Source of the DNA: an uncultured virus (IMG/VR IMGVR_UViG_3300016457_000183)
Lineage: Duplodnaviria; Heunggongvirae; Uroviricota; Caudoviricetes
IMG/VR virus record: IMGVR_UViG_3300016457_000183
Length of the DNA stretch: 64,000 bases
Strand: one strand, 5' to 3'
The notes beneath the pieces are model-generated. The model was not told where the DNA came from. It saw only the letters and a program-made list of their open reading frames with translations, and did no database searches. The first letter of the stretch is position 1. Every line of letters begins with the position of its first letter. The position numbers were made by a program, and so were the translations under genes. This document shows, piece after piece, positions 9,736 through 18,443 of the stretch.

Positions 9736-10109
9736 TACCTTACCTCCTTGGTTTTATTAGTAGGACTCTTTTGACTAGGTGCTAGCCTGAGTCCGTCGTT
9801 CTCGGGATTAACATTCTTGTAGAATGAGTAACTTGCTTTTTCTACAGCAACAGCTAACTGATCATCGGCTGTGTTAGAGAAGTAACGCTCGACCCTCTTT
9901 TCTTTCTCCTTCATCTCTGTCGACACTGAGTCAATGTTGTCAAACTCTTTACCGGTTGCTTCAGCTATCATCCTTAATATTTCCTCTTGCATCCCGATCG
10001 TCAGTCGTATATCTCCTAGTCCTAAGTGCACTCTGTCGTCGAACCTACAATCTTCAAAGTATTTCGCAACTGTCATCAGTAAATTATCTAGAGTAACATG
10101 TATCATCAT
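9735..10109 (-). CDS. Hypothetical protein
   Basis: AAGGAG RBS. Confidence 0.6.
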   Translation of the reverse strand: MMIHVTLDNLLMTVAKYFEDCRFDDRVHLGLGDIRLTIGMQEEILRMIAEATGKEFDNIDSVSTEMKEKEKRVERYFSNTADDQLAVAVEKASYSFYKNVNPENDGLRLAPSQKSPTNKTKEVR

Positions 10110-10291
10110 GTTTGCTCCTTTCAGAATTCTAAGAGATACTAACGTTTCGCTAAAGCGTAGATATCACTATGTTTAGTGAAACTGTACAACTCAATTTTCT
10201 TAGCATCAAACTTCCACAAAAGTACTTCACAGTTAATTTCTTCTCTACGTACCGGTTAAAATTTCAACCGTTCTCTACTCATAACAACTTC

Positions 10292-10573
10292 TTACACTCT
10301 CAACCCTCTTCTGTGAACCTCTTGTAATAGGGCCTCACCTAAGGGATGAAAAACGTCGATGTCGCCAACCTCGAGGTGATAAAGCTCACACTCTAGATCG
10401 AAGGTAGCTTGCTCACCTCTTAGGAAACAAAGAGTCTTGTAACCTTCTAATACAACCTTCTCTTTCGCTCTTCTGAGCAGCTTAATTGTGTTCAACAAAT
10501 GTTCATCAGTCATATCACAAATCCTGATTTTACGGCCATCTTTAGTAGTCCAGATCTTAGTTTGCTTCCGCAT
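10292..10573 (-). CDS. Conserved phage hypothetical protein
   Basis: WTTKDGRKIRICDMTDEHLLNTI motif. Confidence 0.65.
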   Translation of the reverse strand: MRKQTKIWTTKDGRKIRICDMTDEHLLNTIKLLRRAKEKVVLEGYKTLCFLRGEQATFDLECELYHLEVGDIDVFHPLGEALLQEVHRRGLRV

Positions 10574-10771
10574 TTTCCTTCTCCTGTTGAACTTCCAAAG
10601 TCTTTCTTAGAGCTTTCTTATATCCACCATTCCGCCTGATACTCACTTTCGTTTTCTTATAACGCCCTTCTTTCGTACTCCACCAACGAACTTCAAAGAA
10701 ACTAGTTACATACTCTTTACAATCTCCATACAGAGAAAGCCATGATGCTTTAGCGCATGAATGAATCTGTG

Positions 10772-12235
10772 TTATGTTTCTACGCATTTCCATCCTCCAT
10801 ATGGATATACTACATTCATATCCTTAAGCTTGAATCGTGTTCCATCGTATGTATATCCAAATCCACCTGTCAAACTATAACCCTTCAACACATCAATATG
10901 ATTGTCGATTTCAATTGTAGCACCTTCCTTGAATCCAACTTCAGAGAACTTCTTTCGATAGCCTTTGACACCAGGATTTACTTTGACTTGATAACCCTGT
11001 TTTAACAGTGGTAGAATTTTCGTACTGTATACGTTATGAAATGACTCTGGATTTCCATTTCGATTCGTAGCTACACGAATACACTTCTTGTTTTTGATGA
11101 CATAGTACAATCGATTACGTTCGCTATTCTTCATTCTACGATTATGCTGTCGTTTCTGTTCAAAACGTACCACATGTTTATCGATGAATGGTTCATGTTT
11201 GATTTCAACGTTGTTTCGCATCAGTTTGTTGATAGCAATACAGTAAGCATCATTACAGTGAGATTTGACAAGATTGAGCTCTCTACGAATAACATATGAA
11301 TCAGCACCAATACAGAACCAAACATGTTCTTTACCGAAAGCATCTGACAACCAATCTTTTAAAAACGGCATAATGATATTGAGTCTGGATGTAGATGTGA
11401 AGTCTGCTATTTTCGTTTTGATTTTGCTTTGTACTCTTTTCAGCAACTGAGCATCAGTATGTACTTTAACGTGACAATCTGGGCACAGTGTAATAAGATT
11501 ATCCGGATGATCTTTACCGTTTTGAGATCTGGGTACTACATGATGCAGCTGAAATTGAACGTTCTTCTTTCCGCATAGCTGACATGCATACTTATCACGG
11601 TGTAGTACATAAGCACGAATATTTTGGTAACCGAATAATCTTCCGTGTTGATACTGCTCACCTTCAATATCTGAATTCATCATACGTTGGATGTCAAACT
11701 TAGCATATTCAAGTGAGATGTTAGCGTCAGGAACGTATTCAACTATTTTCTGTATAGCAGCTTTATGTGACTCTAGAAAATGTCGAACTGATGGAGTCAA
11801 CCGTCCATCTAAACGTCTTCTATTTTCGAATCTAGCTGGTCTATGCTTTGGTACGAGTCCTTTTCTCTTAATACGTTTACGTCTGAAGTATCGTCTCATA
11901 TTTCGATATCCCCGTCTTATCTCAAGTAATTGCTTGATTTCTTTCGACCTTGTGTGAAATTCGATACTTAGCAATTGCTTGACTTTGTTATACATAGTGA
12001 TTCTGACTAAACAAATACCAATCGTATCTCCTGGATCTACTCCAATCCAGTATATAGGGTTATCTCTTTGCTGCGATAGTGTCTTGAACACTTGTACGAC
12101 CATAATTTTACCGACAAATCGAATGACTTTAGCATTCATCTGTCGCAACCAACGTTTAACCATATCCAACTTTCGTGTTGGATGTAAAATGTTATTTCTT
12201 CCATCTACAAGAAATATTAATCGTTGATGTTGCAT
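10772..12235 (-). CDS. iscB: IscB RNA-guided endonuclease
   Basis: PLMP-like ILHP, RuvC-I IGVDPG, Arg-rich bridge helix, RuvC-II SLEYAKFD, HNH CQLC...HHVVPRSQNG...NLITLCPDCH, RuvC-III SHCNDAYCI. Confidence 0.95.
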   Translation of the reverse strand: MQHQRLIFLVDGRNNILHPTRKLDMVKRWLRQMNAKVIRFVGKIMVVQVFKTLSQQRDNPIYWIGVDPGDTIGICLVRITMYNKVKQLLSIEFHTRSKEIKQLLEIRRGYRNMRRYFRRKRIKRKGLVPKHRPARFENRRRLDGRLTPSVRHFLESHKAAIQKIVEYVPDANISLEYAKFDIQRMMNSDIEGEQYQHGRLFGYQNIRAYVLHRDKYACQLCGKKNVQFQLHHVVPRSQNGKDHPDNLITLCPDCHVKVHTDAQLLKRVQSKIKTKIADFTSTSRLNIIMPFLKDWLSDAFGKEHVWFCIGADSYVIRRELNLVKSHCNDAYCIAINKLMRNNVEIKHEPFIDKHVVRFEQKRQHNRRMKNSERNRLYYVIKNKKCIRVATNRNGNPESFHNVYSTKILPLLKQGYQVKVNPGVKGYRKKFSEVGFKEGATIEIDNHIDVLKGYSLTGGFGYTYDGTRFKLKDMNVVYPYGGWKCVET

Positions 12236-12248
12236 CGATTTTCCTCCT

Positions 12249-12434
12249 GGTGTATGCCCCTATAGGGCAGGAGCAGTAATACGTCCCTGGCCTGAGCTAT
12301 GGCTTGAAAGTACGAACGCATTCAATCGAATGCTCCTTCGCAGAGCCAGGAGCTGGAACGACACCCCTGGGTGCATCACCATAGTCCATTGGCATGATCA
12401 CAAGCCAGGATGCTTTAGCTCCTAGTCATGTGAC
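12249..12434 (-). ncRNA. omegaRNA (HEARO-like) scaffold of IscB
   Basis: About 190 nt upstream of iscB, starting GTCACATGACTAGGAGCTAAAGCATCCTGGCTTGTGA, with CCAGGGG/CTCCTGG pairing and a TGCCC/GGGCA hairpin before the RBS. Confidence 0.85.
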
Positions 12435-12509
12435 GGAGTTTAAGTGTACTCTAAACGCTACGATACAGAACCCACACATTGGAATACGACACTGTACTTT
12501 GCAGATCAC

Positions 12510-12549
12510 GTGAAGAAAACCGTGATGCTTTAGCACCTAATCATGTGAC
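12510..12549 (-). mobile_element. Mini element made of fused IscB-element ends
   Basis: Minus strand GTCACATGATTAGGTGCTAAAGCATCACGGTTTTCTTCAC. Confidence 0.75.
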
Positions 12550-13497
12550 TATGTTTAAGCGAAGAAAAAAATCTAAGACGCCAATACAGATCACTACGTT
12601 ACGCGACAGCACCTTTCACTTTACTGCACTTCAAAATACCACAGTACACTTAACCGTTACCACACACAACTTCAGACTGCTTTAGTTGACTTTACATTAC
12701 CGGTGCAGGACCAGGCCTTACATCACCTTCGCAATATGATACGGTACCTCTCTTTACCATACTCCCCCACAACACGGAGCATTACGAAGCCACCACTCGA
12801 GTTCGCTAAACTTACTCAAGCCTCCACAGCATAGTACGATACACCACCTTCACTTTAGTTGACTTTGCAATAGCTTCTCCTCAGAGCTGTCTTTTCTTCC
12901 ACTTTTCCTTACTTTCTTAACAAAAACTACCAACGCATGTTGAAAAGGCTACCAAACAGTGCAGTCAACTACCTTAGAGACAAACTTCTAGGTTTTCTCT
13001 GAAAACTTTTGATAAAACTCCTTACATCTAAGTTATTCAGTACTTAATTGCTATGACCAAGACAGTGCGTCGCATGCAAAACAATACAATACCTTTACTT
13101 TACACAACATTGGTTTGCTCTACTGAACCAAGCTTTCACGCCCCGTAAAAACTCTTTGACTGCACTGTACAACATTCTTTGCCACATAATGGAACAATCT
13201 CTCTTTAAGAGACATCTGAGAAGGAACTTCCCTTCTTCTAACCACCTATGAGTCATCGTATGTTCAGTTAGTCAAAGTAGTTTACTTTTACATCAAATTA
13301 CATAACACCACGATACCGGTTACACGACTACACTTTTCCGTGCTAATACTACCTTTCCCCATTCTACCTACGATGGCTCTGTAATCTTCTGGTTTGCAAA
13401 CTGATTTTCCGCTCACGGAACTGAGCATCACTGTGCTCATGCTTAGCTCTATAAAGACAAACCTTCACGCTTCGTTACAGTGCATTACAAACGCCAT

Positions 13498-13537
13498 ACA
13501 GAGAAAGTCATGATGTTTTAACACAGGATCATATGAC
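13498..13537 (-). mobile_element. Mini element made of fused IscB-element ends (diverged)
   Basis: Minus strand GTCATATGATCCTGTGTTAAAACATCATGACTTTCTCTGT. Confidence 0.7.
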
Positions 13538-13551
13538 CACTACTACATACT

Positions 13552-14166
13552 TCAAGGTGACACTTCTACTATTTCGAAACGACCATAACCACCGGAGCCT
13601 CTCCACTGTCCTAACCCAACGTATTTACCATAATCAAGCATTTGCTCAATAGCGTCACGATTAATCCCAACTTTATTCTTCAGAATTCTCACTGTAAACT
13701 GAATTTCAGTCCCTGCATCTACATAATCACTTCTGCAAACAGTCACTCGAGGACCTTTCGCTGTTAACGTTCTCAAAGGTCGCTCTAAGCAACCATCTGG
13801 TTCCTTCTTTCCTAACGGTATCTGCCGTGGGTCAATAAAAACTACCAGATCGATCCACTTCTTATAAGCAACGATCTTAGACAAGGCTCCTGCGGACATG
13901 CACACTTCGCATGCGCTTTTAAGGAAGCCTTTGATCATGTAGTTGTAGATGAAAATACCTTGCTCGTTCTTATGAAATCCGGTCCAACCTCTCTCCTCTA
14001 CTTCTTCGACGGTTTCCGTTTCTTCCTCTTCCAGTTCAGGTTCTGGTGCCTTACTTGCTACAAAACGAGTATAGACTTCTGGATCTTTTGGCACAGTACC
14101 TAAAAGTTTCTCCAACAAGCGGATTTTTACGTCAAACCTTTCTTCCAACTCCGAGAGCTTCTTCAT
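13552..14166 (-). CDS. Stand-alone RAMP-superfamily (Cas7/Csm3-like) protein
   Basis: N-terminal strand ending LLGT, central IKGFLKSA helix, C-terminal glycine-rich loop GLGQWRGSGGYGRFEI; no other cas genes nearby. Confidence 0.8.
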   Translation of the reverse strand: MKKLSELEERFDVKIRLLEKLLGTVPKDPEVYTRFVASKAPEPELEEEETETVEEVEERGWTGFHKNEQGIFIYNYMIKGFLKSACEVCMSAGALSKIVAYKKWIDLVVFIDPRQIPLGKKEPDGCLERPLRTLTAKGPRVTVCRSDYVDAGTEIQFTVRILKNKVGINRDAIEQMLDYGKYVGLGQWRGSGGYGRFEIVEVSP

Positions 14167-14443
14167 GTTTTTAACCCTCCTTATTTGATATTGAGTTAAA
14201 TCGAGCTACTACTACAAAACTCTCTTTCTCAAGCTTACAGTGAACCTTCTAAAGAGAGTCTCGTGCCTTGAATAACATTGTTACTCTTGCTACAAATACG
14301 CTCGTCCTCGCTATAACATATAAGACGACCGGCATAAGCGTCACAAAAAATCTTCACTACACTTAGGCAAGGCTTTGCCGCAAGCTAAGTATTTGTCTTT
14401 CGTGCCATAGATGTAACATTTCATAGCTTACTCTGCTACTTTT

Positions 14444-15226
14444 TTAGTCTAATCTTCCTAACATAGGCCAATGAACCATAATAAAAGATCCTCTTACAGT
14501 CACTGTATTAGAGCCACCTTCAACTAAGTCTTTGACACTCAAAGTGGCTTTTCCGTAAGTTCGGAATAAAGCCTGGGCTCGCTCGTGTCCATAGTAGTCT
14601 TCAGAGTAGGCTCTCCAAATATAGAGAGCTCCTTCAACTATTTTGATTTCGTGATGACCCATGTTAAAAGAATCGCCTTGAACCAACGTGTCAAACCCAT
14701 CACTTTTTTCACAAGAAGGATAAACAAACAGTTTCAGTCGACTAAAAGAAATTGAAGAAGCTACAAAGAAAGCTCTCTGCCGCAGCCCTGGTATCACGCT
14801 ACCTTTTAGTTTTATTTTACCGTTACACTGCCCGAGTCGAGGTAATTTGTATATGTATTCAGAGTCATTTAGAATTTCTACAATATCTTCTACTCCTAAA
14901 TCAGGAGCAGACAACCAATTCTGAGATAAAGGAGGTTCAGGACAAAAACGCCCTGGAACTTTACGAGCAAGTTCTTGGACCCCTTTGGAAATTAAATCTC
15001 TCAGCTCACTTTCTTTAGGAGGCGGGTAATAACAGTTAATTAATTTAATGTCAGCGGCCTGTAATGGTTCGGATTCAAATTCCCGGGGAGTTGTACCTCC
15101 TGCAGGATTTATACTGCCCGGCATTTGTACTCTCACTACAGGAGTATCAGGCTCAATATACCAATGATACCTTTCGTTCAAATAACCTTTTAGTTTTCGT
15201 AAGCTACAGTAGGACAAACTCCCCAA
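14444..15226 (-). CDS. Hypothetical protein
   Basis: 260-aa ORF. Confidence 0.6.
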   Translation of the reverse strand: MGSLSYCSLRKLKGYLNERYHWYIEPDTPVVRVQMPGSINPAGGTTPREFESEPLQAADIKLINCYYPPPKESELRDLISKGVQELARKVPGRFCPEPPLSQNWLSAPDLGVEDIVEILNDSEYIYKLPRLGQCNGKIKLKGSVIPGLRQRAFFVASSISFSRLKLFVYPSCEKSDGFDTLVQGDSFNMGHHEIKIVEGALYIWRAYSEDYYGHERAQALFRTYGKATLSVKDLVEGGSNTVTVRGSFIMVHWPMLGRLD

Positions 15227-15277
15227 TTATCTTCTTGATATGCTAAAGAGAACTGTACATTGAAAGTCTTAGTATTG

Positions 15278-15583
15278 CTAGCTCCTGTATTTAACAGTTT
15301 CACAACTTAACCTCCTAAGAGTAAGCTGGCTAACCAAAGCCAGAAGTTCTTCATCAGAAAATTCCTTATGGACTATTCTAATGAATCCGTTAAGGGTAAG
15401 AGTATCAATTCTGAATAAGACTTCTTCCCCAGAACTAGTCTTACCTACAATAAAAACTTCATTCTGGTCAGAGTCATATACATAAATGTAGTCACCAATT
15501 TTAACTCTCAGTCCTGACATAAGGGCTTCTATTACAACTGTGCAAGCATCTCTTGACTTCGTCCTTAATCCTTCACTGGACAT
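15278..15583 (-). CDS. Hypothetical protein
   Basis: AAGGAG RBS. Confidence 0.6.
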   Translation of the reverse strand: MSSEGLRTKSRDACTVVIEALMSGLRVKIGDYIYVYDSDQNEVFIVGKTSSGEEVLFRIDTLTLNGFIRIVHKEFSDEELLALVSQLTLRRLSCETVKYRS

Positions 15584-15601
15584 AACTTAACTCCTTATAA
15601 G

Positions 15602-16012
15602 TTAGTCATTTATGTTAAGCCATTTCCCTACTTTAGCTGCAGAACCCCAACAGTCGGCCGGAGCTTCGTTATACAAATAGTAAACATAAGCAGGTAAATT
15701 TCGAATGTTAACATCATCTGCGCACAGCACTGCTCCTGTAAGATCATTACTCAACACAGCTCTTAGAAAGTCTCCTATTGGTACTCTCTTCTCGATGTAT
15801 AACCGTAAACCACGAAACATGCGCTGAGGGATGTAAAACTCTCCTACTTCGTATGCTACATCTGTACAGTCAATAGCATCGAAAGTCACTCCCCCTTTAA
15901 AAGACTCTCCGAAGAGGTAGACTAAAGAGTCCTCAATCTCTTGTGCTCCGTTGATGAGCTTCGCGCACGGATCGGTATCATTCACTAAAAATGTAATCGT
16001 AACTTTCTTCAT
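15602..16012 (-). CDS. Conserved phage hypothetical protein
   Basis: GDFLRAVLSNDL...AD..N...YLYNEAP..CWGS motif. Confidence 0.65.
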   Translation of the reverse strand: MKKVTITFLVNDTDPCAKLINGAQEIEDSLVYLFGESFKGGVTFDAIDCTDVAYEVGEFYIPQRMFRGLRLYIEKRVPIGDFLRAVLSNDLTGAVLCADDVNIRNLPAYVYYLYNEAPADCWGSAAKVGKWLNIND

Positions 16013-16680
16013 GATACCTCCTTACTACTACCTGTGATTAGTTGGTCTAGAGTTAACAATCTCAAACGGTCCTTAATTATTCTTGAGGCATACGTGTTGC
16101 TGCTTAAGACCACTGAGATTTTTTCATTTGAGAAGAACGAGCTTTTAAGATCAAACGATGTCTTAGTAGGCACTAGTACGCCCAGCTTTTCGAGGATCAC
16201 GCTTACCACGTCGGCAGGTAAGTCCTTATTAGCTTGGAAGTATAACGCTTCTGAAAACTTACGGTCAACTGAGCCGTGACCCATTACTAAGAAGGAAATA
16301 GGTGGTATACTAATCCGTCCGCGTACTGCTACATAACGGAGAAATTCCTTTGGCGATGCCGCAGACGAGGTAAATTTCTCATACTCCAATTCATCGAGTA
16401 ACTGCTTAAGCGTCTGATCTAGCTCCTTTTCGGACGCCATCTCAATAAAAAAGCGCATTCTGCCTGTATAAAGGCGCTCGCAATACCAACTAGAGAAGTC
16501 GACGAGATCTGAATAAGTCATATCAGGATCTTTCTTTAGTTTTTTGAGTATTGTACTTTGTGTATACATAGGCGCAAAACGAATAGTAATCGTTTTCTTG
16601 AAGAATTGAAATTCTAAGCTTGCTCGCGAATTAGGTAATCGCGCAGTTAGAATTTTTACACTAGACGGTATAAAGTGCAT
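16009..16680 (-). CDS. Hypothetical protein
   Basis: 223-aa ORF with RBS. Confidence 0.6.
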   Translation of the reverse strand: MHFIPSSVKILTARLPNSRASLEFQFFKKTITIRFAPMYTQSTILKKLKKDPDMTYSDLVDFSSWYCERLYTGRMRFFIEMASEKELDQTLKQLLDELEYEKFTSSAASPKEFLRYVAVRGRISIPPISFLVMGHGSVDRKFSEALYFQANKDLPADVVSVILEKLGVLVPTKTSFDLKSSFFSNEKISVVLSSNTYASRIIKDRLRLLTLDQLITGSSKEVS

Positions 16681-16697
16681 AACCTCTACCTCCGTAC

Positions 16698-16886
16698 TTA
16701 TACTCTTCGTCCTGGCCCTTTTATCGGATCCTCGATTTGAAGAACTACGTCAAGGAACCCTTTATTCTCAACAACTGCTCTAACGTAAGTCCTCAAGACA
16801 GTAGCCCGCGAGAGATGGTATTGTGTACAAATCTCGTCGAACTGATCTAGAAGATCGTCAGGGATAGATAAACAAATCACTTTCAC
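16698..16886 (-). CDS. Ribbon-helix-helix (CopG-like) regulator
   Basis: VICLSIPDDLLDQFDEIC...LSRATVLR. Confidence 0.7.
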   Translation of the reverse strand: MKVICLSIPDDLLDQFDEICTQYHLSRATVLRTYVRAVVENKGFLDVVLQIEDPIKGPGRRV

Positions 16887-17009
16887 GACAACCTCCTCAT
16901 TTCTAAAGTTTGAGAACAGTAAGAGATTTTTCGCCGAGTTGCGCTACTGTCTAACTCCTTGTCGTTTGATGGCACGAACGAGAGTAAACTTTTCCTATAT
17001 TAATGAGTA

Positions 17010-17516
17010 TTACAACGAGTCTTGCATTAAGAAAACATATCTCTTGGACTTACCGAACTTAAGAGCGTCTTCTTTACGCCACATGAATACATCAACGTGT
17101 GGTCCTTTTACTTTTGGAGACATTAGATCTCCAATGATTTTGACTCCAATTCCTTCAATATAAACTTTTCGACCCGGCGACCAACCTTGGCGCAGTAAGT
17201 CTCGAGAAATAGCAACGTACTTAGGATGAACTCTTTTGAGAAAAGCAGTGGTATAGGGAGTAGAGTCGCATTCACGAATGGAGGGCGAATATGCAGTAAC
17301 AGTAGCGATGACATAGTTCTTGTACTTCAGGGATTTGAGCTCTACTGTGAGGGAACTTACTTGCTTGGTTAAATCAGAGATGATCTCTTGTTGTCGAGCA
17401 ATGATATAGTCGTACTGAGAAAATTTGTCGCTAATGTATTTACCTGCTGTAAATGAAGTAAGAGCAGCAAGACAGATAGTACTACCTGCAAAGAGTTGAG
17501 CTAATCTTCTGTTCAT
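17010..17516 (-). CDS. 3D-domain protein (cell-wall hydrolase-like) with N-terminal membrane anchor
   Basis: ATVTAYS...DSTPYTTA, VAISRD, VDVFM...ALKFG. Confidence 0.85.
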   Translation of the reverse strand: MNRRLAQLFAGSTICLAALTSFTAGKYISDKFSQYDYIIARQQEIISDLTKQVSSLTVELKSLKYKNYVIATVTAYSPSIRECDSTPYTTAFLKRVHPKYVAISRDLLRQGWSPGRKVYIEGIGVKIIGDLMSPKVKGPHVDVFMWRKEDALKFGKSKRYVFLMQDSL

Positions 17517-17731
17517 GAAGCCTCTGCTAGTAAATACTTTAACGGACGACCTGTCTTATACTCAACGATCTGGTCCGGAGAAGCAAATTTGAAATAAGGA
17601 CACTTTATACACGTCCAGCCCAATGCGTTGAGCTGGGCCGCTTTCGTTAGACATTTATCGTAAAGCGGACAACTTATCCACTTCTTACAAACTGCCTTGG
17701 GTTTATTTATCATTTTAGGGTTCATAATCAC
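17513..17731 (-). CDS. Small Cys-rich protein
   Basis: CPLYDKCL...WTCIKCP. Confidence 0.55.
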   Translation of the reverse strand: MIMNPKMINKPKAVCKKWISCPLYDKCLTKAAQLNALGWTCIKCPYFKFASPDQIVEYKTGRPLKYLLAEAS

Positions 17732-18167
17732 TAATCAGTATAGTTGTTAAGATAAGTAGACAGACATTCCACAAGATAGTTTGAGTCGCTAAGTATTCAC
17801 GAGGTAGAATACTCAATACTTCTACTTCCTCAGAAGGCCGCATTGAATAAGGTTCAGGAGCACCGCTAGCTCCTTGTGCCAGAGCTCCTAGTACGTTAGA
17901 TAACCGATTAACAGGTTCAGACATTAATGAACACACTTGCGCCGTTTGTCTACGAGCTGTCATTAACAGCGTAGCAACCAAAACTCTCGGTTTTTCACAG
18001 AGATACTCGACCGTCTGTTCAAACCTAGCCAAGTCTCCTTCTAGAAATGACATTATTCGTCGCTGCAAATCTATAAACTCTTGAAAGAGTACTGTCTTCT
18101 CAATCCCTACTGCTTCAGCTAAACTATCACGTTCGTGATCAAACATCGTTTTGACCTCCTTACACAA
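17715..18167 (-). CDS. Hypothetical protein
   Basis: Likely start MFDH at 18146 after AGGAGG. Confidence 0.55.
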   Translation of the reverse strand: MCKEVKTMFDHERDSLAEAVGIEKTVLFQEFIDLQRRIMSFLEGDLARFEQTVEYLCEKPRVLVATLLMTARRQTAQVCSLMSEPVNRLSNVLGALAQGASGAPEPYSMRPSEEVEVLSILPREYLATQTILWNVCLLILTTILISDYEP

Positions 18168-18171
18168 AAGG

Positions 18172-18423
18172 TTACTGAGCGTCTATACGTTGTCTTACTT
18201 GATCCAAAATGTTCTCTATTACTCGTTCTACTTCAACATAGTCTCCTTCATCTAAAGAGATGAGATCCTCTTTAGTCAGAGTAATTTTGTACTCGTCTTC
18301 TAAAGGAAGATCTCGCAAACTTAACTCACACAAACAATCTGACGCTGGCGAGCTAACTATACTGCCGTTACTATTACGATACATTCGAGCGCCGCACTTA
18401 CGGCAAGTTCCTAGAAATTTCAC
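18172..18423 (-). CDS. Hypothetical protein
   Basis: CxxC; AGGAGG RBS. Confidence 0.55.
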   Translation of the reverse strand: MKFLGTCRKCGARMYRNSNGSIVSSPASDCLCELSLRDLPLEDEYKITLTKEDLISLDEGDYVEVERVIENILDQVRQRIDAQ

Positions 18424-18443
18424 TTCTTGATTCCTCCTTTCAC

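Larger units (their letters stand above)
10730..12434 (-). mobile_element. Non-autonomous IS200/IS605-superfamily IscB (OMEGA) element
   Basis: Both ends carry a GCTAAAGCATC hairpin; contains omegaRNA and iscB; no tnpA. Confidence 0.85.
12455..13551 (-). ncRNA. Pentamer-periodic non-coding array(s) downstream of the RAMP gene (candidate guide RNAs)
   Basis: Plus strand reads as runs of YRC-NN pentamers, e.g. 12658-12702 tacca cacac aactt cagac tgctt tagtt gactt tacat taccg; no minus-strand ORF of 60 aa or more. Confidence 0.7.

Noticed and set aside
10292..10573. WTTKDGRKIRI as a fifth WITxKG-tagged cargo
   Set aside because: It belongs to a separate small-protein pattern (..I.DM...HL.N) and lies far from the cluster
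10557..10793. AP2-like gene interrupted by the IscB element
   Set aside because: Its start lies within the element, and the reconstructed empty site has an in-frame TAG six codons upstream; at most a remnant
12440..12653. IscB guide self-targeting AGTACACTTAA at 12643-12653
   Set aside because: Only 11 nt match, the TAM-proximal bases differ, and no ATGR follows
12479..12685. 68-aa plus-strand ORF in the pentamer array
   Set aside because: No clear RBS, spans a mini-element, and composition is explained by the 5-nt periodicity
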